Below, one piece after another: positions 55,780-64,000 of a stretch of DNA of 64,000 nucleotides. The notes under the pieces were generated by a model. It was not told where the DNA came from, did not search any database, and saw only the letters and a program-made list of their open reading frames with translations. The stretch comes from Boseongicola sp. (GTDB lineage: Bacteria > Pseudomonadota > Alphaproteobacteria > Rhodobacterales > Rhodobacteraceae): contig JAPPCV010000011.1 in the NCBI GenBank assembly GCA_028824715.1, forward strand, positions 60,066 to 124,065, written 5' to 3'. The translations under genes and the position numbers were made by a program. Numbering within the stretch: position 1 is the stretch's first letter; the number at the start of each line of letters is the position of its first letter.

Positions 55780-56472
55780 ATGAAAATCACCTGGCTGGGC
55801 CATGGCGGATTCCGGATCGAGATCGAGGACCAGACGCTGCTTCTGGATCCCTGGTTGAGCGGCAACCCCGTCTTTCCGGAGGAGAGCCGGGACGCTGCAA
55901 TTGAGGGCGCAACCCACATCCTTCTGACGCACGGGCATGGCGACCATACGGGAGATGCGCTCGCGCTGGCTCGGGAGACCGGGGCGCCGCTCGTCGGCAT
56001 CTACGACCTGATGGCACATTGGGAGGCGACCGAGGGCGTGGCGACGGTGGGATTCAACAAGGGCGGCACGGTGAATCTGGGCAAGGTCGCGGTCTCGATG
56101 GTTGCGGCGACCCATTCGTCCTCGCTCGGTTCCGATGTGGGACCGGTCTATGCAGGCGCCGAGGCCGGATTCGTCATTCGCGGAGAGGGACATTGCATCT
56201 ACGCCTCTGGCGACACCGACATCATGGCGGACATGGCCTGGATCGGCGAATACCACGCACCAGACATCGGAATCCTTTGTGCCGGCGGGCACTTCACGAT
56301 GGACATGAAGGGCGCAGCCTGGGCGGCGCAGAATTACTTCAAATTCGAGACAGTGATTCCCTGCCATTACAAGACCTTTCCGATTCTCGCCCAGACGGCG
56401 GACGAACTCGTAGCCGGCCTGCCAGGCGTGGACGTGCTGACGCCGCAAGTGATGGAGACGCTCGAGATCTGA
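55780..56472 (+). CDS. UPF0173 metal-dependent hydrolase (metallo-beta-lactamase fold)
   Basis: MKITWLGHGGFRIE...LLTHGHGDHTGD. Confidence 0.85.
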   Translation: MKITWLGHGGFRIEIEDQTLLLDPWLSGNPVFPEESRDAAIEGATHILLTHGHGDHTGDALALARETGAPLVGIYDLMAHWEATEGVATVGFNKGGTVNLGKVAVSMVAATHSSSLGSDVGPVYAGAEAGFVIRGEGHCIYASGDTDIMADMAWIGEYHAPDIGILCAGGHFTMDMKGAAWAAQNYFKFETVIPCHYKTFPILAQTADELVAGLPGVDVLTPQVMETLEI

Positions 56473-57071
56473 TCCTTGTCGTGCGTCTTTGGCGGCTGCC
56501 GGCTTGCGTGGCCTGCGGCGGCATTGGAAGATTCCGTCGGCGCGCGCATGCCGCGCCGCGAGCCTTGAGGCGTTCTTGAGGGACGTCTGCGCGGTGGGCG
56601 CCTGCGCGAGGAGCCACAACAAGAGCATTGTTGCCGCCTTGGCGTTGTTGCTCCGACCAATTTCCGAGGCGGCTGGTTGAAAGCAAAATCCCTGGAAGCG
56701 TCACGCGCATTCAAGGTGTCCGTGACAATCGCCTTGCACTTGCATCCATGTCCAAGCTGGCCTTGGTTCCGGTCGCCGCAGCCCGTTGATTGCTCGCGGT
56801 GTTGCGAGGCGGTCCTGCGGACGTGGCGGACATCCGCGCCGACCGCATGCTGCGGCGCGAAGGTTCTGGCTTCGTCGTCGATCTCACTTCGGGCCTTTGC
56901 CACGTAGGCACATCTCTGGCTATCGAGGCGACCGATGCGATACTTGCTCTATCCGCGACATTCCCCATGGACGCGATGTCCGCGTGCCTGCGTGTCGCCC
57001 CGACCGGAGTTTCCCGGCATCATTCTCCTGCTTCCGTTCCGACCGCCCATAGCCACGAACAGAACTCGTGA

Positions 57072-57481
57072 TCATCGAGTTCCCGCGTAGTCGTTCAGTG
57101 TCATCACTGCCTCGCAATGCTCGATCGATGCAACCGCCGTCACCACCGTTGCGCTGCGGCGGAACGCGAGCGCAAGATACACGCAGTCGGAGACCGGATG
57201 GTCGAGCGCCAGCGCCAGACGAATCGCATCCGCGCCGACGGTCTCATCGTCGTTCCAGCGCTGTGGCATGTTGGGAAGCAATGCCATGGCGGTGCCCGCA
57301 TCCGCGCGCTCGATCTGACCCTGCCGTGCCTTGCGCCACAGCGCATTTGCGACCTCGGAGGCCATCAGGCGTGGGGCGTGCAATTCCCGGCTGCTCGCCG
57401 CCAGTTCGCGCGCGGCATTCGAACGGACTCGTCGACCAGCAGCTGGACCGCCACGCTCGCATCGACAACAAGGCGCTTCAG
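57072..57481 (-). pseudogene. VapC-type PIN toxin interrupted by a 1-nt frameshift
   Basis: The N-terminus LKRLVVDASVAVQLLVDES is in one frame. NAARELAASSRELHAPRLMASEVANALW...HPVSDCVYLALA is in the adjacent frame. The break is near 57424-57432. Confidence 0.65.
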
Positions 57482-57738
57482 AGGGCGTCGCGATGACCGT
57501 AGTCGCGATCTTCGCGTATCAGCACTTCCGCGGAGGTTTGCTTGCGGTCTCTGGTCCTTTCCCGTAACCGGTCCGACGCCTCCAGGAACGCGGCGCGCTT
57601 TGTTGCCATGTCGTCGTCGGACGCGCGATTCAGGATGTGGCGCTCCTCGCCCTCCAGAGAGCGGCTGCTCGACAGGGCGCGCCTCTTGAGGCGGTCCACC
57701 ACGTCGTCGTCCAGCTGTCTCGCGTTGATCGTCGCCAT
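57478..57738 (-). CDS. RHH (FitA/VapB-like) antitoxin
   Basis: MATINARQLDDDVVDRLKRRA...SLEGEERHIL. GGAGG lies upstream of the ATG at 57738. Confidence 0.75.
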   Translation of the reverse strand: MATINARQLDDDVVDRLKRRALSSSRSLEGEERHILNRASDDDMATKRAAFLEASDRLRERTRDRKQTSAEVLIREDRDYGHRDAL

Positions 57739-58189
57739 TGGCCTGCCTCCAAGACTGCTATCATATTGATGGCGCATCGTCGCGGCCCATGCAAAAGGGT
57801 TGCAATGAATTCACGTGCAGGTTCCGGGCAGGCGGTCTGGCCCGATCATGCGAGTGCCGGTTGAAAAGACCTGGCGCTGGGACCCCCATCGGCACGCCGG
57901 CAGCGCCGTGCAGGCTCGCCGCGCGAAACCGCAACGGATGCCACCGCCCGACTTGCCGGCCTCGATACGGCCCCTCAGGTGGCCGGCGGGTCTTTGCTGC
58001 GAGATGCTTCGGGAACAGCGTACTTGGCGTGTCATCGAGGCCGAGTCGTAGCTCGTTGGTCTCGCCGTTCGCGAGCCGACGATCATCACGTCGGCGAACC
58101 GCAGATGCATTTGGAGAATCGCCGCGTCCGTGCCGGGGACCGCGCCGGCCGAGAGAGAGCATCGCCGCATGCGGTGGCTCCTGGCTCCG

Positions 58190-58639
58190 TCAGCGCTTGT
58201 CCTGGAACATTTCCCGTAGCAGCTTCGCGGAAGCCTCCGCGCCAATTCCGTCATAGACTTCGGGTACATGGTGCGCCTGTGGATGCGAGAACACGCGCGC
58301 GCCGTGGGCGACCCCGCCGGACTTCGGATCGGGTGCGCCGTAGTAAAGGCGTGCGATCCGGGCTGCCGAGATCGCTGCCGCGCACATCGCGCAGGGTTCC
58401 AGCGTGACGTAGAGGTCGCACCCGCTCAGGCGTTCGGAGCCAAGGCGCATCGATCCGGCACGAATGACCAGAATCTCTGCATGTGCAGTCGGATCGGACA
58501 ACTCGCGCGACCGGTTTCCATCGCGCGCCAGGACCTTTCGGCCCGGGCCGATCAGCACGGCACCCACCGGCACTTCGCCCCGACTTGCGGCGGCGCGAGC
58601 TTCCTCCAGAGCGAGGTGCATGTAGCTTTCGAACCCCAT
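58190..58639 (-). CDS. tadA: tRNA adenosine(34) deaminase
   Basis: Zinc-binding motifs are HAE and PCAMCAAAI. Size is 149 aa. Confidence 0.9.
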   Translation of the reverse strand: MGFESYMHLALEEARAAASRGEVPVGAVLIGPGRKVLARDGNRSRELSDPTAHAEILVIRAGSMRLGSERLSGCDLYVTLEPCAMCAAAISAARIARLYYGAPDPKSGGVAHGARVFSHPQAHHVPEVYDGIGAEASAKLLREMFQDKR

Positions 58640-58838
58640 GCCTTCCCCTGCTGCGTAGATTGAGAGGAATCAAGGGAAAGCGTGGCTCGTCCCGAAACCA
58701 GTGGCGGAATGAATCGTCGGCACGCCAACAATGTGGGGAGTCCGGCGATGCGTGCGACGACCGCGAACGTAAGGTGCGTGCTTGTGTGAGGACACGGTCC
58801 CGTCGCGCAGGGGGCCGACGGCGGCATGATCCAACATG

Positions 58839-60488
58839 TCAAAGTCCCCTGATCCTTGGCATGAGGATGAACTCCCACGGGCTGCTGAATTCGCCGACCG
58901 GCACTTCGATCAGCGTCGGCCCTGCATGTGCCATTCCCTCTCGAAGGCGTGCGCGCAGCTCGTCCGGGGTCGTGGCACGAAGGCCCTGGGCGCCGAACGC
59001 CTCGGCGTACCTTACGAAGTCGGGATTGGCGAGGTCGCTGGCGATGAAGCGACCCTGGTAGTGATCTCTTTGGAGACCTCTCACGTTGCCGTAGTGCCCA
59101 TCAGAGAAGACGACGGTCGTGAGCGGGATTTCGTGAAGGACGGCGGTCGCCATTTCGTTCAGGGTGAACATGATCCCACCATCGCCGCAGAAGTTCACAA
59201 CCGGAACGTCTCGCCTAGCGTCAGCCGCGCCGAGCGCCGTGGCATAGCCGTATCCAAGAGTTGCTTGGTACCCGGGAGTCACGACGGTCCTCGGCAGGTA
59301 GCTCGGGAACCCGAACCGTGAGACGTATCCCATCTGCGTGATCTCATCGACAAGAATTCCGTCGCGCGGCAGTTCGGCTCTAATGGCCTTCAGCCACGCA
59401 AGCTGGGCGGCGAGCTTCGTGGATATCCTTGCGTTCACTCGGGCCTTTTCGGCAAGAACGGTTTCGACCCAATCGCCGCGCCTGCCTTCCTTGCCTTCCA
59501 GATCGGACAGCAGGGCAGGCAATGCATCGCCAAGGTCGGCGCAGAGACCGACCGTCGGACTCCTGATCCGTCCGATCTCTTCGGGGTCAATCGTGACATG
59601 AATGATCTTCAGGCCGTCATCCGCACCCCAGGCCATGATCTGCGATTGCAGGCGCGACCCAAGCCCGATCACCAGATCGACCTTGGGCCAAAGTGCATGC
59701 GCGACAGGCATGGTGATGTGCAATGGTGCGTCTGCGGACATCACGCCCTGCCCGTTTCGAAAGGCGACGACTGGAGCGGAAAGCGCCTCGGACAGTCGCC
59801 GCACGTCCTGGCTGACGTCCAGCGCGCCGCTGCCAACCACGATCAAGGGTGACGTGGCCGATTGCATCAGCCTTGCGGCTTCGGCCACTGCGTCCTGGTC
59901 AACGGCGGGGCCGGGCTCGGGGCTCACGATCAATTCGCCGGCAAAGCCCGTGTCTGACTTCCAGAAATTCACCGGAATTTCCAGGCCGACCGGTCGCGGC
60001 GGTCCCGATTTCAAGGCGCGCCAAGTGTCTCGAAGGGTGTCGGCTGCGTCCTCCGCACGACCAAGCGTTGATGCCTTCTTTGTCAGTCGCGCCAGGATTC
60101 CCAGTTCGTCCGGAATTTCATGCAGCACGCCGAATCCCTTGCCGATCGCGCCAACTGGAATCTGGCCAATCAAGGCAAGAACCCGCGAATGGATCGCGTG
60201 CGCGGTCGAAAGCGCGCCGGTCGAGTTCAGGAACCCTGCGCCTGGCACGACACAGTACGCTTGGGGACGGCCAGTCGCCACTTGCGCCCCCATGGCCATG
60301 TAGGCCGCGCCTTGTTCGTGGCGGGTGTGCATGATCCGCAGCTTGTCCCTCTTGTCGTAGCAGGCATCCAGGAACGGATCGAGTTGAACCCCCGGCAAGC
60401 AATAGAGCGTGTCGAGCCCGTTCGAAATCAACGAACCGGCAGTCAATTCGGCGACTGAACGGGTCACGCCGCCCCTCCAAGAATGCAA
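58839..60488 (-). CDS. Thiamine diphosphate-dependent enzyme (acetolactate synthase large-subunit-like)
   Basis: 549 aa. It has an N-terminal Pyr domain (HEQGAAYMAMG) and a C-terminal PP domain with GDGG...N. It starts 4 nt after the marR stop. Confidence 0.8.
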   Translation of the reverse strand: MHSWRGGVTRSVAELTAGSLISNGLDTLYCLPGVQLDPFLDACYDKRDKLRIMHTRHEQGAAYMAMGAQVATGRPQAYCVVPGAGFLNSTGALSTAHAIHSRVLALIGQIPVGAIGKGFGVLHEIPDELGILARLTKKASTLGRAEDAADTLRDTWRALKSGPPRPVGLEIPVNFWKSDTGFAGELIVSPEPGPAVDQDAVAEAARLMQSATSPLIVVGSGALDVSQDVRRLSEALSAPVVAFRNGQGVMSADAPLHITMPVAHALWPKVDLVIGLGSRLQSQIMAWGADDGLKIIHVTIDPEEIGRIRSPTVGLCADLGDALPALLSDLEGKEGRRGDWVETVLAEKARVNARISTKLAAQLAWLKAIRAELPRDGILVDEITQMGYVSRFGFPSYLPRTVVTPGYQATLGYGYATALGAADARRDVPVVNFCGDGGIMFTLNEMATAVLHEIPLTTVVFSDGHYGNVRGLQRDHYQGRFIASDLANPDFVRYAEAFGAQGLRATTPDELRARLREGMAHAGPTLIEVPVGEFSSPWEFILMPRIRGL

Positions 60489-60491
60489 TCC

Positions 60492-60971
60492 CTATTCGGA
60501 GGCATGGACTTCTTGCATCGCCTCCTCTTCGGCAGGCATCTCCAGAAGGATGACCAGCGCCTCCTTGACGGCGTTGTATCGCGTCTTTCCAAGCCGGGAC
60601 TGAACACGTGCGTCGAGCTTGAGCGCCTTGGCCCAAACCCGATCGACGACCTCGTGGCCGACATTTGTGACGCGAAGGCGCTTGCGGCGGCCATCGTGCT
60701 CATCGTCGGAGCGGCGTATGAGGCCCTTCCTTTCGAGTTCCAATGCAGCACGGCCTGTATGAGTGGCATCCAGGCTTGCAAGCCTCGCAAGTTCTCGAAG
60801 ATGGCAATCGCCAAATCGCGCAAGATTCAGGAGCGCGCGCCACTCTTGAATGCTCAGTCCTTCCTGTTGGAGAGCTGCGCCCCGGAACATTGCGCGCAAT
60901 CGCCGAACGGCGCGGTCCATGTTGATATTGATGAACGCGCCGAAATCTAGGTCATTTCTTGGCTCTTCCAT
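60492..60971 (-). CDS. MarR-family transcriptional regulator
   Basis: Start at MEEPRNDLDF (60971). The winged helix is LSIQEWRALLNLARFGDCHLRELARLASLDATHTGRAALELERKGLIRR. Confidence 0.8.
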   Translation of the reverse strand: MEEPRNDLDFGAFININMDRAVRRLRAMFRGAALQQEGLSIQEWRALLNLARFGDCHLRELARLASLDATHTGRAALELERKGLIRRSDDEHDGRRKRLRVTNVGHEVVDRVWAKALKLDARVQSRLGKTRYNAVKEALVILLEMPAEEEAMQEVHASE

Positions 60972-61063
60972 GATTTCGAACGCAATTTCGAAGACCAGGC
61001 TTTCGCCAAGGGTAAGCTGGATCGAATCGGCTTGGCAAGGAATATTGTGGCATACGCCACAAG

Positions 61064-61087
61064 AAAACGTAGCATATGCTACGTTTT
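61064..61087. promoter_or_regulatory. Perfect 24-bp palindrome upstream of marR (candidate operator)
   Basis: AAAACGTAGCAT|ATGCTACGTTTT, about 93 nt upstream of the marR start. Confidence 0.5.
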
Positions 61088-61757
61088 TCTTGACCGGAAA
61101 GCGATTCTGATGCACGCTTGGGCGACCGCAGCCGCGCGTCCCGAACAACAGGAGGAGGCACGTCAAAAAATGTGACGACCGTCGCAATGTCTGCCGCGGT
61201 GCCAACACGGCCACTTGTTTCGACACCGATCAAGAATTTTGCCTGGGCAAGTTCAAACCGCCGTTCGAGGACTTGATCCTGTTGCGCGACGTCCCACGTG
61301 CAACAGACTTGACCGGATCCATCGGATTGCCTTGGTCGCGCCACAGTCGCTGTGGCTCAGTGATCGGCATCGCCGGGCGACCGGAGGCCACGCCGGCGTG
61401 ACTCCCGAATGCGGAATGCCGCGGCCTGATCTGCGCCAACCGTCAGCACGGGTGCAGAGCGCCGTGACAAGCTGCCGTTCGAATTCCACGATGGCGCACG
61501 CCAATCCAGCTTCATCAGGCCAACGTCGTTCGATCTCTGGCCGACAAGGACTGGCGAACGACGCTCCGCGCTGGCGAAGACGGGGAAAGCCTGGCAACTC
61601 GGAGCGGACCCAGGAGAGCCCCACCATCTCCGGGACTGGCCCTGACATGCTGCGGTCTGCACCAAAGTGACCCGGCGCCACGCTCACCTCCAGGCATGGC
61701 CGTTGGACGAAAGCCCACGAGCCCGTTTTGCGGGCTGACGGAAAGGACGGAAGGCAG

Positions 61758-62801
61758 ATGCGGATCTACCATGCAGGAGTCACGGTTCACGATTCCGAAA
61801 GATCTACCCGCGGTAATGTGCTATTTGCGCCCGTGCAATCCAGCCAGGCTGTGCTGGTCGATTACGACGGCAATGTACGTCATCGCTGGGCTGTCCACGG
61901 CAAGTGCACCAATTGGTGCTACCTGCTGCCGAACGGCAACCTGTTCATGAACGAGGCAGGGTCAACGCCTGCACCCATCCCTTTCGGTGCCGGACTGATG
62001 CGGGAGTATTCGCCTGACTGCAGGGTCGTCTGGGAACATGAAGACACGATGCAGCATCACGATGCGCGTCGACTGGAGGACGGGCGGACCGTCTACCTGG
62101 CCTGGGAGAAGATGGACGAAGTGCAGGCTGCTGCAATAGGGGGCGGCGTGCCCGGCACCGAGGCAGATGGCGCGATCTACGGTGAAGTCATTCGCGAGGT
62201 TGACGAGAGCGGCGCGGTGGTTTGGGAGTGGCGCTTGGCTGATCACGCAGCTTGGCCGTTCCACCGAAATGCCGCCCGACGGAACTACGGTCACGCAAAT
62301 GCGATCCACCCGCTGGAAAGCGGAGACTATCTCCTGAGTTTCAAGGTCCTGAACCTCTTGGCCATCGTCTCGCGTGAGACCGGAGACATCGTTTGGGAAT
62401 TCCAGGATGATGCACTCGGCGGGCAGCATGACGCCCAGATGACGGAAAGCGGGACCATTCTGGTATTCGCAAACGGAACCTATTCGCCGGATCTGGCCCA
62501 CAGCCAGGTTTGGGAGATCGACAAGGACAGCAAGAAGGTCGTCTGGCGTTTCACGGAAAGGAAGAACCCGATGAACTTCTTTTCCACACACATCTCAGGC
62601 GTGCAGCGCCTGCCATCGGGCAACACCCTGATCTGCGAAGGCGCCAAGGGAGCCATCTTCGAGGTCACGCCGGACCACGACGTTGTCTGGCACTATGTCA
62701 ACCCGAACTGGCAATCCCATCCAAAGTTCTCCAGCATCAACTGGATCTACCGCGCGCGCCACTATGCACCGGACTGTCCGGAAGTCGAAAACCTACTCTG
62801 A
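61758..62801 (+). CDS. Arylsulfotransferase (ASST)-like beta-propeller protein
   Basis: Repeated WE(W/F) blades (VVWEH, VVWEW, IVWEF, VVWRF, VVWHY) and a GHANAIHPL motif. ATG at 61758; an alternative TTG is at 61728. Confidence 0.55.
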   Translation: MRIYHAGVTVHDSERSTRGNVLFAPVQSSQAVLVDYDGNVRHRWAVHGKCTNWCYLLPNGNLFMNEAGSTPAPIPFGAGLMREYSPDCRVVWEHEDTMQHHDARRLEDGRTVYLAWEKMDEVQAAAIGGGVPGTEADGAIYGEVIREVDESGAVVWEWRLADHAAWPFHRNAARRNYGHANAIHPLESGDYLLSFKVLNLLAIVSRETGDIVWEFQDDALGGQHDAQMTESGTILVFANGTYSPDLAHSQVWEIDKDSKKVVWRFTERKNPMNFFSTHISGVQRLPSGNTLICEGAKGAIFEVTPDHDVVWHYVNPNWQSHPKFSSINWIYRARHYAPDCPEVENLL

Positions 62802-62815
62802 AGCGGGGACCAGCC

Positions 62816-63481
62816 ATGCCCAGCAGCATCCATTTCTACCAAGACCAGGTTCTTTGCGAAGGACGGGGAACGCTCAAGGCGGCTCAACGGATTGTCTATT
62901 GCCGGTTCGGAGAGGTGGCGATCAACGGAGAGGCCTTGGATGCCGGAAACGCGGTCTTTGTCGGCGAGGACGCGGAAGTCACGGGAAAGTGCGACTGGTC
63001 CCAGCTTTGGCGTTGGGACGTTGACCTGCCCATCGCAGAGCAAGCCTTGATCCTCGGCGACGGCGTCCTGACACTTCACCGAATGAGCCGTGTCATCGGA
63101 ATGCTGGACATGGACCCGGGCACGGAATGGCTGTTCCGCCTTGACCAGATCACGGCGCCGCCCGGCCGCGTGACCGACCCGCACAAGCATCCAGGTCCGG
63201 GCATCCGGTGCCTGGTCGAGGGCACCTTCAACATCAGCCAGGATGTCGAAAGCTGCCGCGCGATGAATCCCGGCGAGCCCTGGTGGGAATGCGGCGAACA
63301 GCCCGTGATCGCCTGGGGCACAAAGTCCATGCATGCGCGCTTCTTGCGCGGCATGGTCATGCCGACCGACAATGCCGACCAGGCTGACACGATCAAGAAC
63401 AAGGCCGGGCAGCCGAACAAGAAGCGTGGCCATCACCGGCTGCTGGTTGATCAGGTCATCACGGCACCGGAAAGCATCTGA
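62816..63481 (+). CDS. Cupin-domain protein
   Basis: 221 aa from MPSSIHFY. It has a cupin-like HKHPGPGIRCLVEG motif and starts 15 nt after the ASST-like gene. Confidence 0.5.
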   Translation: MPSSIHFYQDQVLCEGRGTLKAAQRIVYCRFGEVAINGEALDAGNAVFVGEDAEVTGKCDWSQLWRWDVDLPIAEQALILGDGVLTLHRMSRVIGMLDMDPGTEWLFRLDQITAPPGRVTDPHKHPGPGIRCLVEGTFNISQDVESCRAMNPGEPWWECGEQPVIAWGTKSMHARFLRGMVMPTDNADQADTIKNKAGQPNKKRGHHRLLVDQVITAPESI

Positions 63482-64000
63482 CTGAGCCTGCCTCTCTACG
63501 GAATGGTCCGGACGGCCGGTTGATCGCGGAGTCAGACGACTTGTCGAAGGCCGCGGTCGGACCGGCAACGACACTGCATGCATTGCTCGATGACGGGGAC
63601 GACCTGGCACCGGGGCCGAAGCGATCTACGCAGCTTGCTTCCGGTGAGCAGCCCGACACCTTCGTACATGAAGTGAACTCCGTCGGAGGAACCTTGCCGC
63701 ATGCCTGCCAGAATCTCAGTGTTGCCTGCCATGTCGGGTCGGCAAGGCATTCGACAATGCCTCTGCGGCACGGCCGCGTCGGGCCCGATCCGGCAGCTGG
63801 CATGCCGGCGATGCCGCAGCATCGTCAATTCGTCTCTTCTCTGCACCGCCTGCGACACCCGAAGCCGAACGAGATCCAGTTGCAATCCCCGGCGTTCACC
63901 TGTCGGCGTCAAGGCGCGCGCAGCGTGTCGCGAACCGTTCTGCCCGGATCGACGGTTTCGCGTGTTTCCGTCGCAAAAGGTGAAGACGCGAGCCGCTGCA

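Overview
GC-rich, alphaproteobacterium-like chromosomal window. By my calls it holds 46 apparently intact protein genes, 10 gene remnants and one tRNA (Gly-GCC), with no rRNA and no CRISPR array. Layout from left to right: (1) the end of an IorB-like molybdoenzyme gene and a hicAB pair. (2) A CocE/NonD hydrolase divergent from a family-5 ABC substrate-binding protein. (3) 6.3-14.5 kb: a decayed integrative island abutting the 3' end of tRNA-Gly. It carries fragments of an OLD-like ATPase, two IS1634-type transposase pieces, a group II intron-like 5' piece, and tyrosine and large serine recombinases. It also carries two intact PIN-type toxin-antitoxin pairs and a CoA-transferase. (4) A seven-gene minus-strand operon: a DppBCDF-like importer, two more CocE/NonD paralogues and an alpha/beta hydrolase. 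(5) A locus that looks like lactate/2-hydroxyacid use: a FadR-type GntR regulator, a TRAP transporter, two FMN 2-hydroxyacid dehydrogenases flanking pyruvate carboxylase, and a dld stump. (6) 35-38.4 kb: a resolvase remnant, a HigBA-like pair whose toxin has a nonsense codon, and a 1.5-kb solo-TnpB element with unusual ends. (7) uvrD, an M29 aminopeptidase and efp. (8) A cluster that looks like amine catabolism: IclR, TctCBA, aminotransferase, DMGDH-like, UPF0261 and TMADH-like genes. (9) Ceramidase-like and UPF0173 genes, a VapBC remnant, tadA, MarR plus a ThDP enzyme, and ASST-like plus cupin genes. I did not find a complete, clearly new multi-gene system. The most unusual items are the TnpB element architecture, the co-directional HTH-PIN-(decayed ATPase) trio, the triplicated CocE/NonD hydrolases tied to one importer, a dense TTGCGG repeat field in a long leader region, and a TMADH-family enzyme lacking the covalent-FMN cysteine. 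All family assignments come from motif recognition by eye and none has been checked against a database.
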